63,713 nt of DNA from Lama glama. Lineage: Eukaryota. The stretch spans positions 6,388,288 to 6,452,000 of the forward strand of contig CM052817.1 of assembly GCA_028534125.1 (NCBI GenBank), written 5' to 3'. The notes under the pieces are model-generated. The model was not told the origin of the DNA. It searched no databases and was given only the letters and a program-made list of their open reading frames with translations. The position numbers were made by a program, and so were the translations under genes. Positions 34,984-48,620 of the stretch are shown piece after piece. The first letter of the stretch is position 1; each line of letters begins with the position of its first letter.

Positions 34984-37261
34984 TTGTTAAAATTGAAGTA
35001 TAGTTGATTTACAATATTGTATTAGTTTCAGGTGTATAGCAAAGTGATTTAGTGATATATATATATATATACATATACAAATGTGAGAATGTACCTATTT
35101 TTTTTATTCTTTTCCATTATATTTTATTACAAGATATTGAATACAACTTCCGTGCTATACAGTAAATCCTTGTTGTTAACTTTATATATGATAGTGTGCA
35201 TTTGTGAATCCCATATTCCCAATTTCTCTCTCTCCCCCTTCCCATTTGGTAACCATCAGTTTGTTTTCTGTGTCTATGAGTCCGTCTCTGTTTTGTAAAT
35301 AGTTCATCTTATCATTTTTTAGATTCCACATATAAGTGATACCATATGTTTTTCTGTCTCAGTCTGACTTACTTCACTTAGTAGGATAATCTCTAGGTCT
35401 ACTCATGTTGCTGCAAATGGCATTATGTCACTCTTTATGGCTGAGTAATATTCTATTGTGTGTGTATATATCAGGATGTATATATATCTCCTTTATTCAT
35501 ATGTTGATGGACACTTAGGTTGCTTCCACGTCTTGGCTATTGTAAATAGTGACACTGTGAACATTGGGGTGCATGTATCTTTTTGAATTAGAGCTTTTAT
35601 CTTTTCCAGATACATGTCCAGGAGCTGGATCCTATGGCAACTTTTCCTTTAGTTTTTTAAGGGACCTCCACACTGTTTTCCATAGTGGCTGCAACAATTT
35701 ACACTTCTACCAACATTATAGGAGAGTTTCCTTTTCTCCACACCTTCCCCAGAATTATTATTATTTGTCGACTTTTTGATGATGGCCATTCTGACCTGTG
35801 TGAGGGGGTGCTTCATTGTAGCCTTGATTTGCATTTCTTTGATAATTAGCAATGGTGAGCATTTTTTCACGTGCCTATTGGCCATCAGTATGTCTTTGGA
35901 GAAATGTCTATTTAGACTATTTAGGTCTTCTTCCCTTTTTTTTTTTTTTAATTGTTGTTGTTGTTGTTGTTATTGAGTTAAATGAGTTTGTATATTTTGG
36001 AAATTAATCCCTTGTTGGTCAAATCGTTTGCAGATATTTTCTCCCAGTCTCCAGGCTGTGTCTCCATTTTATTCATAGTTTCATAGCTTCCTTTGCTGTG
36101 CAAAAGCTTTTAAGTTTGATTAGGTCCAGTTTGTTTATTTTTGCTTTTATTTCTGTTGCTTTGGGAGACTGACCTAAGAAAATATTGCTGTGATTTAGGT
36201 CAGTGAATATTTTCCCATGTTCTCTTCTGGGAGATTTACAGTGGTCTGTCTTATGTTTAAGTTTTTAAGTCATTTTAAGTTTATTTTTGTGTATGATGTG
36301 AGGGAGTGTTCCAACTTCATTGATTTACATGCTTTCCCAGCATCACTTGCTGAAGAGTCTGTTTTTTTCTCCATTGTATATTCTTGCCTCCTTTGTTGAA
36401 GGTTAATTTTGTGGTTCCATAAAAACTTTAGAATTATTTGTTCTACTTCTGTGAAAAACATCTTGGATAATTTGATAGGGATTGTATTAAATCTGTAGAT
36501 TTTTGGGGGTAGTATGGTCATTTTAACTATATGAATTCTTCCCATCCAAGAGCATGGGATATGTTTCCATTTGAATCATCTTTGATTTCCTCTATCAATG
36601 TTTTATAGTTTTCAGTTGTTAAGACTTTCACTTCCTTGGTTAGGTTTAATCCTAGGGTTTTTTAATGCAATTTTAAAAGGAATTTTTTTTTAATTTTCTC
36701 TTTCTGATATTTTGTTAGTGTAAAGAAATGCAACAGATTCCTCTATATTAATCCTGTATCCTGCTACCTTGCAGAATTTGTTTACTAGCTCTAGTAGTTT
36801 TTGCATGGAGTCTTTAGGATTTTCTGTGTGTAGGATCATGTCATCTGCACATAGTGATCATTTTACCACTTCTCTTCCAATTTGGATACTTTTTATTTGT
36901 TTCTCTTGTTTGATTGCTATGGCTAGTATTTCCAATATTATATTTAATAGAAGTGGTGAGAGTGGGCATCCTTGTCTTGTTCCAGAATTTAGCAGAAAGG
37001 CTTTTAGCTTTTCACTGTTTAGCATTATGTTGGCTGTGGGTTAGTCATAAATGACTTCATTATGTTCTTCATTATGAGATATGTTCTCTCTGTACCTACT
37101 CTGGCAAGAGCTTTTAATCATGAATGGATGTTGGATTTTTGAAAATGCTTTTTCTGCATCTATGCAGATAATTATGTGGTTTTTGTCTTTTCTTTTCTTG
37201 ATATGGTCTATCACATTGATTTGCATATGTTGAACCATCCTTGTGACCCTGGGCTAAATCC
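34984..37261 (-). mobile_element. Younger 5'-truncated LINE-1 (~2.3 kb; RT through 3' UTR) with 18-bp TSD and an internal deletion
   Basis: ORF2 peptides [49 protein letters not shown] and [26 protein letters not shown] aaggtccttttaattctt (34966-34983) / aaggtccttttcattctt (37262-37279). Confidence 0.96.
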
Positions 37262-37279
37262 AAGGTCCTTTTCATTCTT

Positions 37280-37620
37280 AAGTGGCTAAAAGATTTTTTT
37301 TCCTAGTTCATGAGTGGATGGTTAATTGAATCTAATAATTTTGTTGTTGTTGTTCAGTAAGGTGCACTGATTAATATTTTAATGCTAAGTCAATAACTTT
37401 TTTTGTCTAATTTTGCATTTGCTTTTATTAATAAGGTTGGCTTTTCTAGTTTCACACTTAAACATATGTTAGCTCCATAAAACTATTAAAAGACTTTATT
37501 CTTCCTGTTCTCTGAGTTTGTGTAGGTTGAATTGATTTATTCCTTGACTTTCATAAAGCACACCCATAAAGTCTCCAGATCTGATGTTTTGGGAGATGAA
37601 GTTAAATATTGTCAGTTAAC
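37280..37620 (-). mobile_element. Old LINE-1 continuation after the nested insertion
   Basis: atgagtggatggttaattgaatctaat...tctgagtttgtgtaggttgaattgatttattccttga. Confidence 0.65.
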
Positions 37621-37623
37621 TTC

Positions 37624-37840
37624 TTTTATTTAACTCTTCATCTTGAAATAATTCCAGACACACAGAAAAATTGTAAGAATAATACACTAAATTTCAATAC
37701 ACTCTTCACTCAGATATACCCATGCTTAACATTTGACCATATTTGCTTTATCATAAATCAATGTGTTTCTTAACAACAGACATTCTGCCTTATTACCATA
37801 GTAAAATTATCAAAGTTAGAAAACAACACTGATACAAACT
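37624..37840 (-). mobile_element. L1MC-like 3' end fragment
   Basis: tcttgaaataattccagacacacagaaaaattgtaagaataatac...ttcactcagat...ttaacatttgaccatatttgctttatc. Confidence 0.65.
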
Positions 37841-37844
37841 GGCT

Positions 37845-39800
37845 AATTTCTTAATGATTAGAGGAATAGTCAGGTTTTATGTTTCTTCTTAAGTTGATTT
37901 TAGAAATATATTTACTATAACCTGCACATTAATCAGCATAAAACTGTTCATGATATCTTGTTTTTCCCCCAGTAATATCTGTTACCTTTAAGATATTGTG
38001 CTGTTTATCATTTTTATGATTTTGTATTTATGTCATATTTGTTTTATTGCTAAGTATTAATTATAGAGTTTTGTTCATTTTTTTCGTGTTTGTAGGGAAC
38101 CAAATTTTTCTCCTCCAATTTAGATGCTATTTTTGTGCAGAGTGTTATTTGGATTTTGTTTTTTTTTCAATACCAACAGTTAGGTATTATTGTTATTGTT
38201 TTATTGAGTCAATGTTAACTTTTACTCACCGATATAGTCATTAATTTCTTTTCTCACCATTCCTTCTTGCAAGGCTAACCTTCCCTCTGGGATCACTTTC
38301 TTTCTTTTGAGGTACAACCATTACAATTTTGTTGATGAAAGGCTGCGGGTGGTCAATTCTCTCAGTCACTATTTGTTTAAAATATCATTATTTCACTTAT
38401 GTCTGAGAAACAACGTTGCTCCAGATGGAGTTTGAAGTTGACTGTTAAATACCTTGAGCAGTTTGGATGTCCACTGCCATGTCCACTAACTGACCTCTAA
38501 TGCTGCTGCTAGAAGTCAGTTATTGCCCTGTCCCTTTCTCAAGGTTATTTAAAGCCTTCTCGTTTTAGTTAGTTTTCTATAGTCTTATTAGGGTTTCTCT
38601 GAGGGTGAATTTGTGTTCATTTATCTTGTTTGAGTTATTTTGGGCTTTGGGATCTGAAATTTATGTTTTCAACAATTCTTGAATGTCTTCAGCTGTTGTC
38701 TCACTGAACATTTTCTTGTGTCTATTATCTGCTTCTGATGCTGATTAGAACATTCTAGATCTTCATATTTTGTCCTCTCTTTCATATCTTTCTTTTCTTT
38801 GTCTCCTTGTGCTGAGTCCTGGGTTTTGTTTTTTTTTTTTACATTTTATCTTCCAGTTCATTAACTTTTTCTTTATCTCTTACTAAACCTTTTGTTTAAC
38901 ATGTTTATTTTGCTTATAAAATTTAATTTCTGTGGTTGTGATTACTAAAAGTTCTATTTAAATGATTTGAAGATCTATTTTGTCATGTTTATAGTCTCTT
39001 CCTCCTTACATGTATCCTCTAGCAGCTCCTTTATTTCTTATTTATAAAGCATGTTTTTAAACTCTATATTTCATAATTCTGAAACCTGAAATCTTTGTAG
39101 TTCTGCTTGTCTTATTTGTTGTTCCCACTGTTTCTCAGGTACTTCGTGATGATGGGGTTTCCTTGTTTGGTTGTGTTTTTTTTTATTGTATATGTGTGTG
39201 TGAGGGAGAAAGGCAGAGAAGGATGAGGGTGGGAGAGAAAGAGACACAGAGACAGAGATGGAGAGAGAGAGGGGGAGAGAGAAGGAGAGCGAGCACACAA
39301 TGGAGTGTCTGCGTTCTTTGGGCCTTTAGTTTCTTTGAAACTCTTTGCACTGCTTCACTAAGATTTAGAGTATTTTTAAGTCAGCCATCTGGGAGAGATC
39401 AATGATAGATCCTTTTGAATAAAAAGACTGAGGTTTTTCCATAATACAGGCAGTTAAATATCTGCCAAAACAAATATAAAGGGAAGTTTCTGATTATGAT
39501 TTTTTAAAGATTTTTCCCTTTTCCCTTCCAAAATCAAGACAGGCAGCCCTTTCAGTATGGGATTTAGCCTTCATCCTTTCACTGAGAGTTTAGACCTTTG
39601 AAATTTCATCTTTATGAAGGTCTCCTAGAATCCTCACATTGGGCAGGCCTCGGGCTTTACTTCCTGTCTGGCTGGCAGGCTATCAAACTGCAAGCTCATG
39701 GTCACCAGAGGATTTCAGACATGCTCAGAGCAGAGTCGACTTTGGCATATCCTCACCCTTTGGTTTGCCACCTTCACCTGGCTTGGGGTCTCTGCAGAAT
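37845..39800 (-). mobile_element. Ancient L1M/HAL1 ORF1 and 5' region, highly degenerate
   Basis: T-rich antisense with ccattccttcttgc...ccttccctctgggatcactttctttctt...ggtcaattctctcagt...gctgctagaagtcag blocks typical of old L1/HAL1 ORF1. Confidence 0.6.
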
Positions 39801-40451
39801 TATTCAACTCATGAAGCTCTGCACCCTTTTCTCCAATTCAATCAGTGCAGCTTCTTTTTAAATCCTTCTTTAAAAAAATGCATGAAATGTTTTGCACTGC
39901 AGTTGTCTCCTGTTGAAAAGAAAATAAGGCGGGAAGAAATGGAGGGACAGAAAAAAAAACACTCATTTAAATCATAATAGGCATACACATTTAAATTCTG
40001 AATTTTAAAATTAATATAATTACCCCAATTTTTCATTATTAAACAAAATTTTATGAGTATAATTTTCAATGACTTAGATAGTCTTCAACCCCATCTATCC
40101 AGGACTGACATGTAGCATTTGATCATTTAACTGCCCAATATTTGAGTCATTTCCACTCTCCTGATATTGTACACATTGTGATGGTCATATTTCTTTCCAG
40201 GAAACATACATTTCTAATTACTAAGAATCTGTTATTAACAATGAATTAAAATTATTGCTATTTAGTACTTGTACCTACTATGTGCTTTATTATTGGTGTA
40301 CATTAAATACATTGTGTCAGTGAAAAATATTAAAAATTAAGATCCTGTAAATGGATGAATTGCTCAACAAATTGATAAAGATCATTATACACACATATGC
40401 ATACATAGATTAATAACACACACAATATTTGATCAATAGCATAATGATATC

Positions 40452-40600
40452 TGTGTGGGGGAAGTGTGAGTGTGCATATCTATGTGTGAATATATGAGTG
40501 TGAGTGTTTGTGAGTGTGTGTGGGTAGATATATTTAGACATACGTGGGAATGAATGTAAGTGTGAGTGACTATCATCTGCATGTGTGTCTTTATGTGTGT
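40452..40600. repeat. TG-rich low-complexity tract
   Basis: Degenerate (TG)n. Confidence 0.75.
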
Positions 40601-40784
40601 CAAAATAAGAAAAACAGTGTTCCAGCTAAGGCTTTTCCATATAGCTGGAGACAGATTCAGTTGGAGGAGTATTTGTATAACCAACTGTGAAAAATGTATT
40701 TTATTTTCTCTCCTAGATGTGAGGAAATGAGAAATCACTTGGGGAGGTTTTTTTGTTTTTTCTTTTTTTTTAACTACGGCTTCT

Positions 40785-40897
40785 CTCTTAGCCCTATTCC
40801 CAGAAATCCTGATGCTGTACAGCTGGTTTGGGACTTGGAAATACATTTTAAAGAACTCTTCAGGTGATTTGGAGGATGTTAGGTTTGTGATACACTG
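40785..40897. mobile_element. MER5-like hAT-Charlie fragment
   Basis: gccctattcccagaaatcctgat...ggaaatacattttaaagaactcttcaggtgattt...aggtttgtgatacactg. Confidence 0.55.
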
Positions 40898-43149
40898 AAT
40901 TATTTCAAATGTCTTTTGATATTGATCAAGATGAACTCAGAAACTAGTGAGTGATAGATTCTGGATTAGAACTCAGTTTCTTGCCCTCTGGAGCAGTATT
41001 GGAAACAATAACAATATCCAAACTTAAGAATTTACTCTTTCTCTGTATAGTCAGTCTATTCACTGTTTATTAGATGGAATATACATATTTTGATGAGTGT
41101 CTTGCTTCACTGCCAAAAAAAAATAAACAACGAAACATATGAAATGGGACTTAATTCCCCAACCTCCTAAACACAAGACTTCCGTCCTCCACCCAGAGGA
41201 AAACAAAATTTCCACTTAAAATGTGTTCTGACGTTGATTAGTTGAGACTAAAGTCCCACATAACTTAACTGCCTGTAAATAAAGTCATAGTTAATGGCTC
41301 TTCCTGGATTCAGCCAAAGAACTGGTGAGCAGTGTCTAAGATGTTTCTAAGAAACATCTGTCTTTTCATATGTATGAACAGTTTTTGTTATAAATCCTAC
41401 AGGATTCTTGAGATTCATTGTGAAGGAAAATCTGTATGATCATGTTAAAGGCCATCTGCTTTGGATGTAAGATCGTCACCTGGCTGGGCTTCCTGGAGCA
41501 CTGTGTCCAAAAGCAAATAATAAACACACTGTGACAACTCATACACTGCTGGGTTTTTCCCCCCAAGATTAATAATGTAGATGCCCTTCTTTCCCCTCGA
41601 TTGAAATGTGGTTCAGAAAGAGCTGAAGTTTTTCCACTCCTTTTGGGTGATTTTCATCTCTTTGAAGTAACGCTACCTTATAGCTAGGAACAATTTTTAG
41701 AGATCTAAAGCTTTGGCTATCAACAGTGGGAAATTTATTTTTATCAGTTCTTTTTCATCCCCATTTGATATATTGTTGGGCTCTTAAAAATATCAGTTGA
41801 ACACCATGCAAAGGAATATTTGTCAAGTTGTCAGCACCTTGTGATTAATATGAATGTGAATCGGGGAGAAAGAAAAAAAAAAAGCTCAGGAAACACAGTT
41901 GATATTATTTGAGTTTTGAAACCACAGGGACATCAAAGTCTTTCTTGATGTTGCTGCTAAATGTTACCAAAGCAATTACATTTTACACTCTTTCTTCTAA
42001 GAGTGGCATCACACAGAAAACTTTGCAACTTTGTAAGATACAAAGGTGCCGCTGGAGAAATTTATTGTTGAAAACTCAGAAAGCAATTTCCTAAGAGAGT
42101 TGAAGTGACTTCTTTGTCTATGTAAAAAGCATCAGATGAAGTAAACTAGGGAAAAATCTATTTTCTCTGTACATTCCAGTTAAGATGTTGTTTGCAATTG
42201 ATTTGTCAGTGCTACACAGTCACCATTCTCTTGCCAAATGCCTGCAGGCATCAAAATACCATTTTTTCCAGGTGAGAGCGGAGACACAGAATTTTCCTAC
42301 TTGCTCACATGCATACACATGTGTAACTCCTTTCCTGAACTCTGTCTCTTTATTTTTACTTATTTTTCCCCTTTCCATTTATTCTTCCAAGATATAAGCT
42401 TGAAGCTAGAATGCTGAAATTAGGGGGCATTCTTACTGTAATCTAGAGCCTGAGATTTGGATAGGAAGTTAAAAGTAAGAAAATCTAGGTCTCCACTACT
42501 TATGAACTGTGTAAACTCAAATAAGTTGGTCATCTATTCTGTGTCACAGATTCTGAATGAGGACGTAGGTCCTATCATAGAGTCATGGAGCACAAATGAG
42601 CCCACGAAGTGTGTCACATTTACATGTTTTGTATGTATATATATATACACACCAAAGAACACATTGTAAGGACTGAAATCTCTATGCTGCATCATTATTT
42701 TTTGTATGCTATTATTCTCTCCGAAGCAAGATCTTTAAGTTCCTCCAGGCAAGGAGCTGCGTGCCTGCTTTCTTTTCATTTTGCTAAGCCATGTTCTGAG
42801 CTAGGAGGACGCAAGTCTATACGTTAGCACAGCCTGCTTGTTAGGTTTCCTTCATTGATTGAGCAGCTGGAATAGCAACACTCATTTTCTCTTGACTTGG
42901 CACTTCAGTTAGTTTGATTTTCAACCGTGACCATAACTCCCCCAGCCAAAAAAAAAAAAGAAAAAAAAAAGAAAGAGAGAGGGAATTCCAATCAAGCAAG
43001 ACCAGGCATGGGTAGGTTCTCTGCATTACTCCTGTGTTAAGCATTAACAAATACTAATCTTCAGTCATGAGGTCAGGAACAGAGGCTGTCACTGCGCTCA
43101 GAGAGGAGCCTTGGCAGGGAAGCCTAGACTCACACCGACAAGGACCAGG

Positions 43150-43305
43150 GTTAATACCAAACTTCGTCAGCTCTTAGCTCTGTAAGATGCCAAGTCACTT
43201 GCCTTTGTCTGAGCTTGGATTACATCTTTGCAAAATGGTATTAGTGATAAGTGTTCTGCTTATCTCATAGATGTCTTAAGGAGTAAGCATTTGTCAAATG
43301 CTGAA
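43150..43305 (+). mobile_element. MIR SINE (degenerate)
   Basis: ttagctctgtaagatgccaagtcacttgcctttgtctgagctt...catctttgcaaaatgg. Confidence 0.6.
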
Positions 43306-44882
43306 AGAATGAAAGAGAAGCTCATTCTTTGATGTCGCATGTGCATTTAAGGAGGATTAGAGCCTTGCTCCTTGAAAGAACACATTTTTATTCAACCATT
43401 TATTCACAAATTAGAAAAGTTTAGATTCTAGTCTGTTCTAGATCAAGCCCAGATGTGGAACCTCTATTTCTTCTGTTTCAAGCAAAGAGAATGGGCCTGG
43501 GACAGCTTTTCTCTTTCTCCTGCCTGCTTGATGTGATATTGGGAAATACTGTGTTCTAGGAGGAAGAGCCCAGGGTGTGGCATTGGAAATCGAGGGAAAA
43601 TTCCAGTTCTGCCATTTGTATTTTTACTTCAGGCCACCCTTTGCCTTTCCTGAGTTTCCTCAGCCAAATAGCAGTGTCTTCTCTGTCTCTCCTGGAGTTA
43701 TTCAGTGGGTTCAAAAGGGAAGAAATACTGCCACAGTTACTCTCATATCCCCTTGACTGTCCACCTATGCCCACAGGATTTGGGGAAATTTCAGGGAGAG
43801 GTGCCTATTAGGAAACCTGGAGATACTGAATTTGTTGAAAAGGAAACTCAAAGCAAGTGGTTATACATTCTATGGTTTGCCTCTGATTTTCAGATTAATA
43901 GACTTCATTAAGCTGCTCCCATCACCTGTGAGTAGATATCAGTGTGTGTGGGGGATGGGGTGGGTACCATTACGTCCGATGAGTCTGATTCTCAGTCAGG
44001 TAGAATCCTTTCAAGTTTTCAGTTGCTCCACTTATAAGTGAAGGTTTGCACCAAACCACCTCTGGAAGAAATGCATTTCATGAGATATTAGTTTTATACT
44101 TCAGCAAAGTCTCTTGGGAGGCAGAAAGGCCAAGACAGAGGACTCTTATAGGAACATGTAGACAGACAAAGACTTACAGAACAGGGAACAAAATATAACA
44201 GGCAGTCCTCATACAATGGGTTACTCAAGTTAAAAAATCATAAAACTGGTTGGCTCTGGGGAAAGTGAGAATCGTGAACCTGGAGGTGAGCTTCAAAGTC
44301 CTCTGAAGAACTAGCCCAGTCCATTTCTGAACCTGAGTTTTGCTTGCACAAGTGTTCACTGCATGGTTATTTATAAACGGTCCATGAATGGATTTTATCT
44401 TTTCAAATGTACACTTCACAATAAATTTATTTATGACTTAAAAGGATACGGGGTGAAATATTGTGAACCCACGATCTTAAGTAGAATGAATGGGAAATGG
44501 TTACTGATCTAAAATTACAAACTGGATTTAGAATAAGACATATCAAGTTGAGCTGGTTGAGCTGATATTGGTGGCTGCCTGAAAGAAATAGGGCACCTCT
44601 AGATTGATTTAGCTTATTATCATATTTATGTTAGCAGAAACAGGCAAAAAAAACACAAAAGGGTCAATACAGTGACTGTTTGTGAACTTGGACCAAACAG
44701 CTATTGCTAATTAGTTTATCTCAGTAAATAACTGTCAAAGTGGTAGCATAGGAATTTATTAAAGAAGTTCTATTTTCCCACAGAGACATTCTTTGACATT
44801 TAAGGTTCAATCACACCCAGGACTCAGAAACTAACTCTAAGTTTAGTACGGGCAGTAAGCAATCATGTGAACTTACACCCAG

Positions 44883-45293
44883 CGGGAGACAGACAATAAG
44901 GGTGGACAATGGCCAGACCACAGGTAACAACAGGACTGTGACCGACAATCTCTGCAGCATCTGGCTGCAAGAGGTCAGGACTTGGTCAGTGACTGCCTGC
45001 TTCCCTGATTTTTGCCCCGCCCACTTTCAACTCAGGGCCAATCAGAGAAAGGCAAAAACATGTGGCCCTGAAATCAAGCACATGGACTCAGCCAGGAAGC
45101 CTACAAACCAGCTTCCCTGACCTCCGCTCAGCACACGCCTAAAGCTTTCTCTTTCTCCTCTGTAAGGCTTCCCCACTCCTCTGACTGCCTTCAAGTCTCT
45201 GCTAAACCTAAGTGGTGGTGGTGGAGGCCTTGCAAAGTCTAAATTAACAGCCTCTGCCTGTTCTCATTTTGGTTGTCTTTGTTAATTTCTCCA
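44883..45293 (+). mobile_element. ERV1 solo LTR (MER89/MER90-like)
   Basis: gacaatggccagacc...ctctgcagca...ggtcaggacttggtcagtgactgcc...ttcaactcagggccaatcagagaaag...cttgttctcatt; flanks ccag/gcag fit a 4-bp TSD with one mismatch. Confidence 0.82.
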
Positions 45294-47199
45294 GCAGTTG
45301 CTGCCGCCACCCAATACTCATTAACGGACAAACGAAAACCCAACAATTACATTAAAAGCCTCCCATCTCGTGCCTAGTTCATCCCTCTTTCATTAATTTT
45401 TGCAAAAGAAGTAACCTTGATGGAAAAAAATATGTTTAATTATATTATACCCATTCACTTCAATATCGAGTGAGAATTAGTCATGATTAGTACAAATACA
45501 GTTTAGCAACAGGCAGTGATCTTGAGGTAAGTAAAATAAAAAAAGGTTTAAAAGACCTGAAAATAAATATGGAAAATAAGAAATAATAGGTTTGCTTTGT
45601 GATTAGATTATGGGCTGCATTTTCAGTTTTTTATTATTGTTACAATATTCTTTGTGAATTTGTTTTTAAAAGTGAAGGAAGAACTCTTGCCTAAAAGGAT
45701 TTAACAGGTCCTCCAGGTCTGTTCTGTGACAGAAGCCTTTGTATCTTGCTTAATTGCCACTCCTAACAACCCCCTGAACATCCTTCACACACTGTAGAGC
45801 ACTCTGATGCTTATCCTACAAGAATATTTTTAATATCAAGCAACCTGTTTTATATGCCTAAATGGGGCACTAGCTGAGGTGCCCTGATTTTTGAACTTTA
45901 AGGATTGTGTGTTTGTCATGGTACAACTGAGCACGCCTTCTGATGCTGCCACTTCTGCTGACAGAGACGGTCCAGGGTGGAACAATGGAAGAAAGCTGAG
46001 CCGGACATCCTCTTGCTCTGATTACAGCAAATTACACTGACAAGGGACTTGTGAGTGACTAGAAAACCACGTAAAGCCATGAGAAATACCTACAAAATAT
46101 GATATATTCAGCACTTAATCAAACCTTAGACAATGGAAAGAACCAGGATTCAGGGAAGAACCCTGTAACTAACAAAGTGTGAGCCATCTTGGGTGATTTG
46201 TGTACTTTGAGGTTCCCTGTTTCCCACCGGGTAGGACAGGATTTAGTATGTGATGATTTCAGGGGACCCCTGGAGCTGTGGCATTCTATTCCAGTATAGC
46301 TCCAGATACTGCACCAGACTGCATATTACTTCTATCTGGCCTTGTAGAACACATCATTAATCCTCAACTGCACTGCTATACTGGTAGGAGAAGAGACTCA
46401 TCAGATCAGAGAAAAAAAATCTAAGAATGTTAGGAGCTGGAAAGAAAAAAAAAGCTAATTTGCCTGTTACAGTTCATTTCACATGTAGAGGGAGTTAAGA
46501 TGGGAAAAGTATATCGCAGAAGGTAATTACATTTTGTCTGCAATCAATAGAACACACTGGGGAGAGAAAAGCTACTTGCATTACACTTAGAATTAGGGGC
46601 TTCACATTGTAGCTTGAATTATCCTCGGTCACAGCAGCTGGAACAAGGCTGTCAAAGCCCTAGCGTATTCCAGAGTTTTCAACTCAAGCTCTGTCTTCTC
46701 TCCGAATCTCTGCACCCCGGCAGGCAAAAGCATCAGGTCACAACCATGATGTACATCAGACTCAAGCACTGTGATCAGTCCTGAAGTGTGATGGGAATCA
46801 CTTGTCACTATTAATATTTAATTAACTCATGATATCAAATGATTAATTTCAAACATGTAAATCAGTGAGGTTGATTGCATTATGAAATGCATCTTGAGTG
46901 AGCAAGGGTGCGGTAGAATTAGAATTAGTGGACTGATGGCTGTGCTTAGCATGGGGTGTGTCCACTGGGATGTCACATGTGTGAGTGCTGGTGTGTGTCA
47001 GAGTGAGAAGAATCTGCTGATCACTGGGCTGACTGACAGGTGCCTTCACTGCTGCAAGTCTAAAACAGGACGTGTGCTGTCACCAGAAATTCTCAGCTGT
47101 GGTCCTCATGCCAGTAAAAGCATCTCATCGCCCTTTCCAAGATGCCCAGCTGAGAACCTCAGAGTCATCTTTAATTTCTCTATTGCACAGGATAGTAGT

Positions 47200-47680
47200 C
47201 TTTTGATTGTAGGGGTTGGAAGTACAGTTCAAAAAAGCTTCCAAAAAGACTGAATATAGTGGTCTGTGTTACCTGAATTACAGCTTTTGACTCAGCTGGA
47301 TCTGAGGATTCCAGCAGTATCTTCAGGTGCTTGCTTGTCTTTCCCTTGTCTCCTCTAGAATTTTCTCTAAGCTAACTTCATTCTCCAATTGTTGTTCTCC
47401 ATTTAGAAAAATACGGCAAAGGGTAGCTTGGGGGTTAAGTTGTTCTTCCATTTTCCCTAGGAAAGAGCAGATCGTTTTCCCAGTAATCCCAGACAACCAA
47501 TATCAGTCTTTATTAGCTGTGCCTGGGGCATAAGCTTACCCTTCACCCCAACAAGATGGGGCACTCTAGTTGGCCAGCCTGAATTCTGTCCATTCCCCTG
47601 ATTTGCCCACATGATTGGAGACTTGACCAGTGCATGAGAGAAAGACACTGAGCATCAGAAAGTGACAGGTGTTAGGTGCA
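47200..47680 (-). mobile_element. Old MaLR LTR (MLT1K-like) within an L2 relic
   Basis: tagtcttttgattgtagg...cagctggatctgaggattcca...ttggccagcctgaattctgtccattcccctg; L2-like flanks at 47090-47190 and 47720-47850. Confidence 0.5.
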
Positions 47681-48039
47681 TCCATATTTCTTTTACCCAA
47701 TGGCGAAGGAACTGGCAAGTCATATGGATTTTACATTTTAAATGCATCTTGGTCATTTCCTCCTTTAAATTCCACTGCTATTCTCTGAGTTGAGGCTCTT
47801 ATCATTTCTCATCTGGGCAGCTTCCTTAGTTTGTTAATGGATCCCCTGTATATTTTCAAGATCTTCTCTTATGACTTCAATACACCTCCTGACAGCTCCT
47901 TCCCAATTCCTCTCTGGGTGCATTATTCTTGAGACACACCGATCTATTCATCATATCCATCATGTTCCTTGATGCCTACCTTCTTCGGTAGACTGTGACA
48001 AGACTGTTCAGTACCTTTCCTCCTTGGTGACTGTGAAAA

Positions 48040-48620
48040 TCACTGATCATGTTTTAACAAAGATGGATGTAAGACTGTCTCCCTTCCTACATCCTTTTCT
48101 AGAGCCTTGCAACTCTGCCACGCAGAGATGTCTAAGCCCCCTCCATTTGGATATAGGTGGGCTTTTGATTCATATATAAGCAACAGAATGGGCATGAGAG
48201 GTACTGTGAAACTTCTGAGTTTAGGTGATGAAAGGCAATGCAACATCCACCCTGTAAGCTGGAACATTTACCTTTGAGGCCCTGAGCTGCTGTTGTAAGA
48301 AGTTTGACTGCTCTGAGGCTGCCATGCTGTGAGGGAGCTCAGGCTACACAGAAAGACCTTGTGTTGGTGCTCCAGCTGGCAGCCCACATCAACTGCCAGT
48401 CCAATTATGTGCAGAAAGATGCCTCCAGATGATTGCAGGCTCCAGTCATGAAGTTATACCAGTCTTCAGACCTTCCCAGCCAAGACCCCAGACACTGGGG
48501 AACTGAGAAGAATTTTCCCACCATGAGGCGATCAAATCCCTAACCCACAGAATCTGTAAACATAAGAAAATGCTTCTTTTACTCTACTACATTTTGGGTG
48601 GTTTATTGTGCAGCAATACT
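48040..48620 (+). mobile_element. MaLR solo LTR (MLT1G-like)
   Basis: gccctgagctgc...gtaagaagtttgactgctctgaggctgccatgctgtgaggg...cttcccagccaagaccccagaca...aaatccctaacccacagaatctg...gtgcagcaata. Confidence 0.82.
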
